This document shows, piece by piece, positions 13,590 through 25,959 of a DNA stretch of 64,000 nucleotides. Under the pieces are notes generated by a model. The model saw only the letters and a list, made by a program, of their open reading frames with translations. It did not search any database and had not been told where the DNA came from. Source of the stretch: Negaprion brevirostris (taxonomy: Eukaryota); assembly GCA_030324005.1 (NCBI GenBank), contig JARDVH010000146.1, positions 13,763,704-13,827,703 on the forward strand. Reading direction: 5' to 3'. How positions within the stretch are numbered: the stretch's first letter is position 1; each line of letters begins with the position of its first letter. Both the position numbers and the translations under genes were made by a program.

Positions 13590-13819
13590 TGTAATGTCCT
13601 AACTATGCTAGGGGTTGTGGTGTCTTTAAACAAAAAGAAAAAGATGTGGTTTGCACACGTAAATTCTAAGTAACATATAACCAGTTTATTGAAAGAGATG
13701 TTCAGTGCACTTGACAAAACTGAAACTAAACAGCAGCCTGTGAAACATCCTAAATGGCATCACCATCAGGTCATTTACCAGCTCTTGAAGCAATCACGCA
13801 ATTACTTAAATATATAACA
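13590..13819 (-). repeat. 5' LTR of the Gypsy element
   Basis: TG...CA ends on the minus strand. Shares gtttattgaaagagatgt, taaacagcagcctg and gctctt.aagcaat with 9798-10019. Confidence 0.8.
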
Positions 13820-15142
13820 ACAAACCAAAGTGGTCAGAGGTGTGGTGGGAAATGGTCGGAGAAAGAATGGGGTCAGGGTCAAAGGAGGGGTGGAGAAAGT
13901 CATAGGAGGGTGGGGGAGAGGTTGGTGTTTGAGGTCGTTTGAAGGGAGGTGGAGGTTGAGGGAGGGATGGTCACTTTTTAATACCACAAANNNNNNNNNN
14001 NNNNNNNNNNNNNNNNNNNNNNNNNNNNNNNNNNNNNNNNNNNNNNNNNNNNNNNNNNNNNNNNNNNNNNNNNNNNNNNNNNNNNNNNNNACCACAAAAT
14101 TAAAGACTGTACAGTTCTCAAATACTCTTCTGAATTTTAACCAACATATACATAACAGTCTAAAATTTTAATTGCAGATACAATTCTGACGATATGCTGT
14201 GTTGATGTACCAGATGTTTGAGAATGTTGAGCCTCATCAAAATAAATGTTAAAAAAACAAACCGGGAGTGATGCAATACAAGTTGTAGACTAACTGTCAC
14301 CCAGTTTATTAGTTTTGCAAAGTCTGGCAATGAGTTCCCCATTTGTCATTAAGAGATTGCTTAAAGAAAAGTTTTACAAATTTCTATTCTAACTGAGGTT
14401 CACTCCACCCATCTGCACCATCCTGTTTAAAATCTAGCAGAATGTGCTTTCATTGTAGGATTAACATTTCTCTGGGATGAAGATTCCTGATCATCCAGTG
14501 TAGGTTAGCAAAAAAATCCATTGAAATCTCAGAGCAACAGCCAACAAGGTTTTTTGTTATAAACGATCATTATAGAATCCCTAAACTGTGATTTAAATGC
14601 TTCTAGAAAACTTGAGATTTTGCTGTCGGAATTGCTTCTTTATGAATGATATTTTTCCACTTAATTTTCTTGCCTCTCTCATATTTCAAACAACAATTAG
14701 AAATTTTAAATCCTATTTGTACATTTATTTAGTACAAATATGATACAACATCATGTGGAACCTGAGAATAGGCTGTAAATTTACATTGTTCAAAAATTGT
14801 TAAACTTTGGTTTTGTAAATGGGAAGGCCGTATTAGCTAGAGTTGAAGTGTTTTGTAACTCTAGTCATTTCTTTGTTGTCACTTTCCTAACATCAGTTAA
14901 TCACTAAGTGATTAATTATCCTTAGAGACTCAACATTGGGCCTCAAGTTTCACAATTTGCTGTAACCACTCTGTCTACTGCACGCAAGTGTAACAAAAGA
15001 AAGACAAAACCAGCAGTTTTCATAATGTCCTGAATTGCTTTGCAGTTAAGTACTTTTGAATTGCAGGCTCTGGTATAATTTAGACAATGTTATCAAACAA
15101 CAGCAGGCTTAAGGAGCCAGATGACCAACTGCTAATACAATA

Positions 15143-15227
15143 TAAAACAGAAAATGTTGGGATAACTCAATAAGTCTGTGAAGAGAGGAACAGAGTTCAT
15201 GTTTTAAATCTCTTTGATTCTTCAGAG
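15143..15227 (-). mobile_element. Penelope-like element terminal-repeat fragment with a degenerate hammerhead-like core
   Basis: Minus strand reads CTGAAGAATC...AAAACATGAACTCTGTTCCTCTCTTCACAGA, similar to 28006-28103 and 54465-54660. Confidence 0.5.
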
Positions 15228-16804
15228 CCTACTGATTTTGTCCTGTTTAAGCTAGTTTACCTCGCACATGCCTCTCAAGAATCCTTTCCATTAATTTCTA
15301 TATTAGTGCTTTTTATGATTTTTTTGAGATATTGGGATAAAGTTGTGTTGCAGTCAGAAATGAAAATCAAACTAGTTGATCAAGAAAATACAGATGTTAT
15401 AAACCATTCAATCTCATATCTTATTCCCTCTTAAAAGTTGTGTCGCACAGAGACAATTGAAGTCTCCAACACTCCTCACTGACTGAAGATTGTATTGTTC
15501 AATCGTTCCACTTTGTTCTTCAGGAATCATTGATCTTTCTTTCCTGTGAGATTACTGATCAGATAGAATCCAACCGCATCTCTTCTGTGGAAGGCAGAAA
15601 AAAATCATCTACTCCTACAGAATGGAAAAATCTTGTTTAGTTACTGGATTGCAAATATTGAATCTTATCCTAATTACTAATTTACTGTCGTGGAGTCCGC
15701 CCATATGATAGTGCAATGTACAGAACATGTTAACGAGAGCTGAAGCTGTCACTGAAATCAGTGTTATTGTCTGCACAGTGTTATAAGTCACTAGTATAAT
15801 ATTTTCCTGTCAAATTAACATTATTGCACAGTGCTGTTAAAATGAAATTTGTATTCTGCTTTGTTTAGTAATTGTGGTGGGATCGTCTATGGTGTGTACA
15901 CAAACTAACATTAACATTGGTGCTCATATTAAAGACTAATGCTGTATATATATTGGACAATATTTGTAACCAGATACCAGGAATGGGCATTATCATTTTA
16001 TCGAGACCCTTTTGTGATTGTTTGCTAAATTGACTAGTGAAATTTGAAAAGGGAAAATAAATAATGTGGGGAGCAAGGATAATAGGCCTGAAAACACCAC
16101 AGCCCATGATTTCTTTCCCTGGTCTAAGTAGTACTGAAACTCCTTGGTGCCACACTCAGTCGAGGGGGTGTCATTTCTCACTGAAGTGCCTCCTATTACA
16201 GGCACTTAGGGCATCAAGACAGTCAGCAATTCCCATACTTAGTTTTTCCTTGTCTGAGCGATTTGGAATGTGATGAACAATAATGAACAGTTTTGCACAA
16301 TTCAGATATTGTTTTTCAAAATCACACAAGTCGCGTGGCTGCTGACTCAATGTTGATGGTGAAATACCAGCATGTTGATAAACCTCAACGTTCAGTTTCA
16401 AAAACAGACATGGGCTGTTGAAGTGATGTGCTTAGTCTGATAAACATATACCAGAAACAGGCCATTCAACCTAGCCTGAATATGTTGATGTTTACCGTCT
16501 ACATAAAAAAAATCCTATTCCACGTGCCTGATCAGTTCCTATATCCCTTGATTCCCATTACTTTCTATCAGCAATCCAATATAATTTTAGCACAGTTCTT
16601 GTTTCAATCGCTAATGCTGGTATTGCAGATGTTTCTCCTGCAGTTGTATCTAGGTTTACTCATTCTAGACATCACCAGAAAGTCTGTTTGTAGCTACCTT
16701 GTTAAATGACTTTTTCAAATTGCCCTGTTTTCCATTGAAAAAAGCCCCAGTTCAAATCCGTGTAATTGTGTTTAAATACAGCATCATCCTATTGATATTG
16801 ATGG

Positions 16805-17270
16805 GGAAATTTTTTTTACACAAAAGATGGTGGGGGCCTGGAAATGCATTGCTAAGTGAGGTGGTTGAGGCAGTTATATTAGTCACATTTAAGACTTATC
16901 TTGATTGGCATATGAACAAACAGGGAATAGAGGAATATAAGAACATAAGAAATAGGAGCAGGAGTAGGCCATCTAGCCCTTCGAGCCTGCCCCGCCATTC
17001 AATAAGANNNNNNNNNNNNNNNNNNNNNNNNNNNNNNNNNNNNNNNNNNNNNNNNNNNNNNNNNNNNNNNNNNNNNNNNNNNNNNNNNNNNNNNNNNNNN
17101 NNNNNNNGGTAAATAGCTGAGGCCCCAGCACTGACCCCTGGGGCACTCCACTAGTCACCAACCGCCAATCCGAATAGCACCCATAAGCTGTTGGCTTTGA
17201 TAGGTCAACATGATCGGCACAGCTTGGAGGGCTGAAAGGCCTGTTCCTGTGCTGTACTGTTCTTTATTCT
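16805..17270. mobile_element. CR1 LINE fragments: a + strand 3' end with a nested minus-strand CR1 piece spanning the gap
   Basis: Minus-strand ORF VTSGVPQGSVLGPQLF (RT motif). The + strand piece ends with ggcctgttcctgtgctgtactgttct. Confidence 0.7.
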
Positions 17271-17987
17271 ATTGTGTTTTGTACTGTATTCTCCCTACTG
17301 CCTCAACATCCTTCTATTAATGTAGAGCACACAATTGCACATAGTCCTTCATCTGTGGTCTGAGGGAGGCTTTATGTAGATTCACGATTACATGGAATCT
17401 TTTCTATCCCCATACTGTTAGCTGTGATGCCCAGCTTTATTTTGGGGCCCTCTCTGCTTGAGGTGTTGATTTTAATATCTTGTGAATTCTGAATCTTATT
17501 TTTTTTAACATCAGTCAGTCTTTCAGATCAAAAATGTACTACTTAGCTTTTTTATGAAAATATAGCCCCATTATGTTTACTAATGTAGGAGCAGCACACC
17601 ATTCAACCACTCAAGTCTGTTCTATCATTGTTAGATTACGGCTGATCTGCACCTTTATTTATCTTTAGATCCATATTGCTTAATACCGTTACCTAACAAA
17701 GTCTTATCAGTCTCAATTTTTAAATGACCCCTGCCTCAGTAGTATTTGAGGGGAGAGGTTCCAAATTCCCACCACCCTGGAGTGAGGAAGCACTTTGATG
17801 TAACTTTGACCAACCTAATTCTAATTTTAAAATTAAGGCAGGTAAGTGTCATTAAGGCCATGATCTTATTGAATGGCAGAACAGGATCAATGGACCAAAT
17901 GACCTACTCCTCATTTCTCAATATCTTGTGTTATGCTGCTTTGTTCTGGACTGTCCCATCTTCAGCAATCACTTTTCCACTATCAAT

Positions 17988-18210
17988 TCCCTGGTTAGCT
18001 CAGTTGGCTGCCTATCTGGTTCTTGATGCAGAGCAACAGCAGTCGTGGATTCAATTTCCGTACCAGCTGAGGTTGTTCATGAAGGCCCACTTTCTCAATC
18101 TTGCCCCTTGCCTGAGGTGTGGTAATGCTTGGGTTAAAATCACCACCAGTCAGCTCTTCCGCTCAAAGGGGAGAGCAGCCTATGGTCATATGGGACTGTG
18201 GCAACTTCTT
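17988..18210 (+). mobile_element. tRNA-derived SINE (second family)
   Basis: A box ttagctcagttgg, B-box-like ggattcaatttcc, and a non-tRNA body. Confidence 0.65.
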
Positions 18211-18834
18211 AATATTCTTGCAGTCCCCATATGACCAGCGGAAGAATGAAGTTGACATTCCTTATCTCTTTGGTAAGGATACATTATCTTGATATTGTTG
18301 CATTCTACAAGAAGTAAAATGAGAGTAAAATATTTTGAGATGATTCTTGTCAGTTGGATATGGTGATTTAAACCTTTTAATGGAACTTTTAAATGACACC
18401 CAGAAGAAAGCTGATCTTGCTAAATGCCTATGAGATATGATTAGAATTTGATAGATTTTAGAAAATGGATGCTCTCTCCATTGTGGACTTCAACAGGTTG
18501 AGAAAGTTCAATTTGGGGAATCCTGGATTAGTAGTAATGCTGAAGGTACTGGATTGTGCTAAGGTGGGTGTCTCATATGGGCAGGCAGCAAGTTCTTGGA
18601 GAAGGTAACTTTGGGTCAGATTTTTATTGTCTTAAAACAAATCCTAGGCAAATAGTTATTTCCTTCAGCTATCATGGAAAACTGAGACACTCCAGGGTGA
18701 CACAGAAATAGAAGACTCAATGATTGTCAGATTTCAAATTAGTCCAGACAGAGGTATCAATATCAATGGAAGGATTAAGGATGACCAGAAGGTGGATGGA
18801 AACACCTTTAACTAATCACCATTAACTAAACTAT

Positions 18835-19093
18835 GGGTGGCACAGTAACACAGTCGTTAGCACTGCTGCTTCACAGTGCCAAGGTTCGATTCCTGGCTTG
18901 GGTCGCTATCTGTGTGGAGTTTGCATGTTCTACCCGTGCCTGGGTGCTCCAGTTTCCTCCCACATTCTGAAAGATGTGCTGGTGAGGTGCATTGACCCAA
19001 GCAGGCACCGAACTGTGGCAACTAGCGGAATTTCACAGCAACTTCATTGCAGTGTTAAAGTAAGCCTTACTTGAGACTAATAAATAAACTTTT
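18835..19093 (+). mobile_element. HE1-head SINE with alternative (…taataaataaacttt) tail
   Basis: Same tRNA-like head as 329-660, but the tail is acttcattgcagtgttaaagtaagccttacttgagactaataaataaac. Confidence 0.85.
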
Positions 19094-19579
19094 AATCTGG
19101 CTATCATAACAGAATTAAAAACAGAATAACAACATTAGGAGAATTAATTTCTTAGAAATTCTTGGAGCAATTAATTTTTGCTTCAGATGTGATTCCAAGT
19201 TTCGTTATGCAGTGAACTGCCCAAATGGAGTGACAGGATCCTGCAATGGTATATAAGAGAATGTTGAGGAAGTGGATGAAGATAATGCTGAATCAGAATA
19301 AAATATACAGAAGTTTAATCCTGTGATGAATGTGTTAGGTGCAGACATTTTTTAATTGTGCAGAATGTGCCAGCTTTTCAAAAGTGTGAGACATGATTTA
19401 AAATATTACCTTGATTTTTGATTGTCATAAGGCTAAGGAACTTAAAAGTACTACTTGCTTTCAATTTGGCAATGGCAACACCTGAGGCCACTAATAAGGA
19501 TTATAATTTCATGTAAACTAGCTGGAGTAAGCCATTTCATAAGTACTAATGTGTTCTTGGGTGAGATACTTAGGTTGCT

Positions 19580-19890
19580 GAGTTATGGTCGTTTGTCCCT
19601 TGATTTGAGGATGACATCTATGCAGCTGAATTTCTGCCTTGGGTCTTCAAGTGATGAGCAGGCTGATTCTTGACTGACAGATCTTTGGGAACTTGGGGCA
19701 GAATAGTGGGATCTGGAATGCAGGATTAGCTTCCTTTTTCCTTTTCTGCCATTACTTTGCCTCATTATTAAGCTCTTTCTCATCATTTATGTTAATGCTA
19801 CCATGCTCCAAGGGGACCTTCAGAATGTCTTTGAAGCATTTTCTTTGTCTTTCCTGGAAGTTTGACCATTTGAGAGTTAAGAGAATAGGT
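19580..19890 (-). mobile_element. RTE-clade LINE 3' fragment
   Basis: Minus strand ends with gatgtcatcctcaaatcaagggacaaacgac, an RTE-like tail resembling 5340-5385. Confidence 0.5.
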
Positions 19891-20179
19891 AGATAATTTT
19901 TTAGCCATCAAAGTTTATTTATTTGTTAGTCATAGGTAGGCTTACATTCACCTGCGAGTTACTGTGAAAATCAGGGCATCATGTGAGGAGTTTGGCACTA
20001 AATTAAAAAGCAGAACCTCAAAGGTTATGATGTCTGGATTATCATCTGAGCCATGTGCAAATTGACATGGGGTACATAAAAAATCAGAGAGTTAGATAAA
20101 GGGCTCAAAGACTAATGAGAGAGAAATTGGTTCCCTAGTAAATCAGAGGTGCATCTTTCTTTATTATTAACTGCATTTC

Positions 20180-20800
20180 TTATTCTGTTTACGTAATCAG
20201 CCTGAGCCAGCTCTCCCCATATACCCATTTAATGAGTTTTGTTTAAGATTCTTGTTCAAGACTGGAATATATCACTGTCACACCTAATGTGGAATTCAGT
20301 TGTATTGTGATCACTTTTTGCCAGAGCATCTTTTACTATGGGATTACTAATTAGCCCTGCCTCATTACACAGTAATAGATTTAAAATATCTTTATCCCCA
20401 GTTGGTTCACAATGTATTGTTGCAGGAAGCTATTGTGAAAGCATACTACAGCTCCTCTCCCAGACTACTGTTGCCAATTTGATTTCTCCAGTCTATATGA
20501 AGATTAAGGTCCCCCACCATTATTACATGGTATTTATTATACACTTCATTTTTTTTTAATGAATTTAGTTAGGGGGCCTTTAATCAACACCCACAAGCAT
20601 TTTCTGATCCATTTCATTTTTAATCTCCATGTATGATTTTCTTTTTGATCGTCTTAACCTAGTCAGATCCTTTCTTGCTATTATCCTTGTGTCGTCCTTT
20701 ACTATCAGAGCTTTAATACCTCTTTTTCTATTCTGCTTGTCTTTTTGAAATATATCCTGTTTCCCAACTTTGATCCCTTCATAAAAATGTTTTTGTAACA
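20180..20800 (-). mobile_element. Old CR1 fragment (endonuclease region)
   Basis: Minus-strand remnants of VGDLNL / DIFQKDKQNRKRGIKALIVK, which is AP-endonuclease-like. Confidence 0.55.
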
Positions 20801-21218
20801 TTAATCAGATCTAAACTATTAATCTGTTTGCACTGCTAATTCATCTATTTTATTGCAAATTCTTCTCAGATTCAGATAAAGAGCCTTTGTATTTTAATAT
20901 TTTGCTTGGACCCTATTCACTGTGCACTGTTGCCATTAAACTCTGTTTTTGCAGGCCCACTATGTTTGTTTTTACATCTCCCTGGAAGTTGTATGATATG
21001 TGATACAAATGCATTTGCCAAATTTAAGGTAGGTTCAAATTTAAATAACATTTTGCACCCGGCTGCTAAAGATGATTATCTGTTCTGTATTGCTTTCACA
21101 CTTGCCTAGTTGTGACTGTCAGGAGGAGTCAATGAGCATCTGACAATCTCTCTCTCTCCACTGTTACCAACGAGTTACTAACTGGGATAGTTTGCTGATT
21201 GTTATTTTGCATTTTTAG

Positions 21219-21683
21219 GTTTTCATTTCCTCCCAAAGCTATCAACAGTTNNNNNNNNNNGAGAGCTGCCTGCTGGTATGTGTGGGTCTGATAGTTGGAG
21301 GTCTGCTAAAGACTGTGGGAGAAGATCCGCCCATCTTGAAGGCAGATGTATTCTTTTTTTATCTCCTGCCACCCATCATTCTGGATGCCGGTTACTTCTT
21401 ACCTATTCGGCCTTTCTCTGAGAACCTGGGAACAATCCTGAGCTTTGCTGTGATTGGGACACTGTTTAATGCAGCCTTTGTTGGGTTGGGGCTGTATGCA
21501 GTGTGCCAGATCAAAGGAACCGGACTGGAAAACATCACTGTACTGCCTAATCTGCTGTTTGGCAGCATCATCTCTGCTGTGGATCCTGTGGCGGTGCTGG
21601 CTGTCTTTGAAGAGATTCACATCAATGAACTGTTGCACATCCTGGTGTTTGGAGAGTCTCTGCTCAATGATGCAGTCACTGTG
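21219..21683 (+). CDS. slc9a1: Na+/H+ exchanger 1 (NHE1)-type, coding exon 2 (contains a 10-N gap at 21251-21260)
   Basis: Acceptor ttttag|GT and donor GTG|gtaagt. Translates [11 protein letters not shown][gap][46 protein letters not shown]...[37 protein letters not shown]. The [21 protein letters not shown] segment is NHE1-type rather than NHE2/NHE3-type. Confidence 0.95.
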
Positions 21684-22029
21684 GTAAGTGTGATAGCTTA
21701 CATTAGGCACTTCATTCCAGCAGCTGGCCCCACACCTCCTTCCATGGCTAACCCACCGCTTACTCTGGTACCCATACAGCTGACCCATGCCCATTCCGTA
21801 CAACCAACCTACCACTCCTTCAGTGCGTGACACTTCCTCATGCCCAGCTTCCAACACTCCCTTTTCTGTGACCACCAACCTTTATCTTACATTTAGCGTG
21901 CCCAATTCCACGCCGGCCCCCATGCCCAGGCGCCCCCCACCCCCCACTTCCCCAATACCTAGCCCCAGCTCTGNNNNNTGATTGTACAATGCTCCTGAGC
22001 TGTATAACTTGTGTGTGTTAATTGTGCAG

Positions 22030-22280
22030 GTGCTCTATCACCTCCTTGAGGAATACTCTTGTCTTAACGAAATCAGCGCTAAGGACGTGATCCTGGGAAT
22101 CCTATCCTTCTTTGTGGTAGCTCTCGGAGGTGTCTTTGTCGGGGTTCTCTTTGGATTTATCGCTGCCTTCACCTCCCGTTTTACAGCCCGTCTTCGTGTT
22201 ATCGAGCCTCTCTTCGTTTTCCTCTACAGCTACATGGCATATTTGTGTTCAGAGATCTTCCATCTCTCAGGAATCATGGC
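22030..22280 (+). CDS. slc9a1: NHE1-type coding exon 3 (251 bp)
   Basis: tgtgcag|GTG ... ATGGC|gtaagt. Translates VLYHLLEEY...[38 protein letters not shown]. Phase 0 in, phase 2 out. Confidence 0.96.
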
Positions 22281-23218
22281 GTAAGTGTCCCCAAAATTAC
22301 TGAGCAGTTAACTGAATTGACATGTGCAAATCAAGCTATTTCCATTTCTTGCAGTGGTAGATGGTTACTATTCATATGTTGGATTTCTTCTCTGGGGCCA
22401 ATTGCTGGTTCTTGGTGCAAGGCTATGCTAAATGCTGATGATTAAAGAATGGCCTGTTTCTAGCAGAGTGGGAAGTGTTGGGGTCAATAGGGGAGAAAAT
22501 TCCTGTATTTTTATTTGTTCTTTGCATGTGGGCATTGTTGGGAAGGCCAGCATTCAATGCCCTTTATTAATTGCCCTTGAGAAGATGGTGGTAAGCCACC
22601 CTGTTGAATCCCTGCTGTCCCTGTGATGCAGGTACACTGCAGCAGTTTGACACAATTTTGTTGCTTGTTGTGCCATTTCAGACATTAAGAGAAAATCATA
22701 TTGCTGTGAATCTGGAGTTGAGAGAGGATTGGTTTGGGTTGGAGAGGGGCAGAATGAATCTTGGGGTCGGGTCTGAGGGGGGAATAATCTTTTGGAGGCA
22801 GGTTAGGAAGTGGAATGGGAAGACTGTTCTGAGGGATGGGTTTTGAAGCGTGTGGGTAAGACAGACTGTTCATAGTGGAATGATCACATTGTTCAGGGGA
22901 AGACTGTTCTTGGGCAGAGAGGGTGTTGAGGAAGCAAGAACAGGCTAAACTGTGATGGGATATATATGTGTTTGGAAGCAAAAAGCCAGACTGTTCTGAA
23001 ATGGTTGAGAAGCGATTAGTTCCAAGGTGGTGGGTAACTTTGGAGGAGAGAAAGGGCACATAGTTTCTGGGGTACATAGGATGGACTCTTCTTTCTCTTG
23101 CACTATATGTTTCCTGCTGTATCCCATTGCCTTCTTTGAAAAGACTTTCCAATGGTGAAACATGTGCATAGTCTTTTTTTTTGGTAATCAAGTTCATGTT
23201 GGTGTTTGTGTTTTGCAG

Positions 23219-23436
23219 CCTCATTGCCTGTGGAGTGGTCATGCGCCCTTATGTAGAGGCTAACATCTCTCATAAATCTCACACCACCATCAAATATTTC
23301 CTGAAGATGTGGAGCAGCGTGAGTGAGACTCTCATCTTCATCTTTTTGGGTGTGTCCACACTTGCCGGTGAACATCATTGGGACTGGATCTTCATCAGTT
23401 GCACACTGATACTCTGCTTGATTGGTCGAGTCCTAG
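23219..23436 (+). CDS. slc9a1: NHE1-type coding exon 4 (218 bp)
   Basis: ttttgcag|C ... CTAG|gtaaga. Translates [72 protein letters not shown]. Confidence 0.96.
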
Positions 23437-23886
23437 GTAAGACTTAAAAGTTACTGCACGCTTGGAGGGTGCAGCCTCAAGCCGGTCCCACTTCACTATC
23501 ATATGTCCCCTTCCCAGTGCTGTTTATTGAGGCTGATGGCTAGAANNNNNNNNNNNNNNNNNNNNNNNNNNNNNNNNNNNNNNNNNNNNNNNNNNNNNNN
23601 NNNNNNNNNNNNNNNNNNNNNNNNNNNNNNNNNNNNNNNNNNNNNGAGAAGAACCTCTAGCAAACACACATTATTGACCCCATGCTTGATTGTCAGCGAT
23701 AAAATTCACAATTAAATCGGTTGCTTTTGGAGTTAGTTTGTTATTGGTCACCATAAAGGGAATTTAATTGTAACCAGCTTACCCTGGGAGTGTTTGACAG
23801 GCATTGTAGCAGGAACTTTATTTATAATATGTGCTGAACCTGCCCAGAAGTGTTTGATGAGATGGTATAGACGGAGCATGACTATT

Positions 23887-24162
23887 CAAAGTTAAAATTT
23901 ATATTATTAGTCACAAATAAGGCTTACATTAACACTGCAATAAAGTTATGTGAAGTTCCCTTAGTCATCACACTCTGGCACCTGTCCGGGTCAAATGTAC
24001 GTAACCAGCACGCCTTTCGGACTGTGGGAGGAAACTGGAGCACCGAGAAGAAACCCACGCAGACACGGGAGAACATGCAAACTCCACACAGGCAATGACC
24101 TAAGCTGGGAATTGAACCCAGGTCCCTGATGCTGTGAGGCAGCAGTGCTAACCACTGTGCCG
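23887..24162 (-). mobile_element. HE1-head SINE with alternative tail
   Basis: Reverse complement of the family at 18835-19093. Confidence 0.85.
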
Positions 24163-24819
24163 TCTACCTTGGGAATGTGTATTCCCACATCTGTCCCACA
24201 CTATCATTAGGTGTTGCTGAGCAGTCGGTTGAGAGTATGCTCGTTCCCAGCCTCTTAAACCCTGAAGCTATCAGCAAAGAGAAACTGAGCGGGTGCAAGG
24301 AAACAAATCGATTACAGAAATTATTATTCTAACATCGAACTCAACTATAGGAAACTAGAACTCGACAAGCATATCTGATCTGAAAACTTCATTAAGGAAT
24401 TGAGCACCTGCATGACACTGCTCCAGGATTGTTGGATATCTTTTCATCTCTTATACCAACTGTTGATAATGAGCCCAATCTTGTGTCAGTTAACCCTTGT
24501 ATTCATTGCATTAGCAAATGAGTAAATAAGTGACAAACTATTTTTAATAGTGTCAGGAACCACAGTGTCTGCCGTATGCGAGGAGCATGCACTTCTCCAT
24601 TGCTGTGCACACATACTCTGTGCGTGCTCATACTTCCCCTTTAGATTACGTGAACTTATCGCTGAAGTGAGATGGTAATCTGCAAAATTCTGACCGAGAG
24701 AGAAGTGCTAGCACTGAGGTCACATCTGGTGCCTTTCTCAGGTGATCCCAAAGAGCAAAAACAACACTAGAAATTTTGTAGAAAGATGCTGTGCATGTAA
24801 CTGTGTTGTTTTCTTTCAG

Positions 24820-25016
24820 GAGTCCTGGGTCTCACTTTAATAATTAACAAATTTCGCATTGTGAAACTTACCCCCAAGGATCAGTTTATAATCTCATATG
24901 GGGGGCTACGAGGAGCCATCGCCTTCTCACTCGGCTATCTGCTGAAAAAGTCATTCCCTCGAGCCTTGTTCCTTACTGCCATTATCACCGTCATATTCTT
25001 TACCGTCTTTGTTCAG
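24820..25016 (+). CDS. slc9a1: NHE1-type coding exon 5 (197 bp)
   Basis: ttctttcag|GA ... CAG|gtttgt. Translates [66 protein letters not shown]. Confidence 0.96.
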
Positions 25017-25127
25017 GTTTGTTTATTTTCTAGTTTATGTTCTGCTTATATATTTCCATGTATGCGCCGTATGTTGTACTTGTGCGCACTGTGGCATTCA
25101 TGTTTCTGTGTTTGTTGAGGTAAACAC

Positions 25128-25192
25128 AGTAAAAAGTCTGACAACACCAGGTTTTAGTCCAACCGATTTATTTGATAATAAACCCACAAGCT
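25128..25192. mobile_element. Penelope-like repeat end (second family), running into a gap
   Basis: aagtctgacaacaccaggttttagtccaaccgatttatttg is a repeat end I recognise as abundant in shark DNA. The family assignment is inferred. Confidence 0.45.
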
Positions 25193-25959
25193 NNNNNNNN
25201 NNNNNNNNNNNNNNNNNNNNNNNNNNNNNNNNNNNNNNNNNNNNNNNNNNNNNNNNNNNNNNNNNNNNNNNNNNNNNNNNNNNNNNNNNNNNCTGTATGC
25301 GAGGTGGGAGATGTGCACGTTTTTGGGTGCACACACAGAATCGGACACATTTCTGTGAGCATGCACTGGGGGCCATGCACATCCTTGTGCGAGCATGAGT
25401 TGGGCTGTGTGCAACCATACGCTGGACCAAGCGCATTTGCATATAAGTGCACACTGGGCCGTGCGCATTCATGTGTGCAGGCTGGGGTGTGGTGGGCCAG
25501 AGGGAATCTGGATCTATTACCATTCTGTGCTGTGGGGATTCTAGTTGATCAACAACTTGGAATCATATGGTGTCTTTAATGTGATAGGACATCTTGTAGC
25601 ATGTAGCAGGAGTAGCTTCTAAGCCACACGAGGAGAAACTAGTACAGGTGAACAAAAACTTGGTTTAATTTTTATAGCACAGCTTAAAGAAATAGAAGTA
25701 GAGATGTCAAGAGGTTTAAGGAGGAAATTCCATAACTCAGGAGCAATTGAAATAGGGGATATGTTGGGGGGCAGGATTAGAGGGTAGAGATTTTGGAGTG
25801 TTATGGTGCTGGAGGAGGTTACAGAAATGGGGAAGGGCCAAGACATGGAGGGATTTGAACCCAAGGATGAGAATTTAAAAATTGAAATGTTACCAGACCA
25901 GGAACCAGTCTATGTCAGCAAGCATGAGTGATGGATGATTACAACTTGCTGCAATATTT

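Larger units (their letters stand above)
9798..13819 (-). mobile_element. Full-length degenerate Ty3/Gypsy LTR retrotransposon
   Basis: Direct-repeat LTRs at 13590-13819 and 9798-10019, PBS at 13562-13579 and PPT at ~10021-10032. Internal order is gag zinc knuckle, protease (IDTGAAVS at ~13025-13050), RT (ICGDFK; DDVLITG), RNase H (SPYGVGAVVSH...NYAQLEKEALSIIFG), then integrase (NGSQFTS*EF...SAPYHPPTNG at ~10740-10840). Confidence 0.9.

Noticed and set aside
17988-18062. tRNA gene candidates (also 329-400, 41511-41575, 41831-41895)
   Set aside because: A/B boxes are present but there is no cloverleaf, and each continues into a SINE body.
1-21218. Search for slc9a1 exon 1 or a nested gene
   Set aside because: No NHE1 N-terminal coding sequence, CpG island or spliced ORF was recognisable. 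The region is consistent with a long intron 1.
21399-21878. 159-aa antisense ORF over exon 2, and the read-through tail of ORF 21282-21830
   Set aside because: These are the shadow of the real exon and intron read-through past the donor at 21684. No recognisable protein.
22685-23242. 185-aa minus-strand ORF in intron 3
   Set aside because: Arises from a purine/pyrimidine-skewed intron. No motifs and no splice support.
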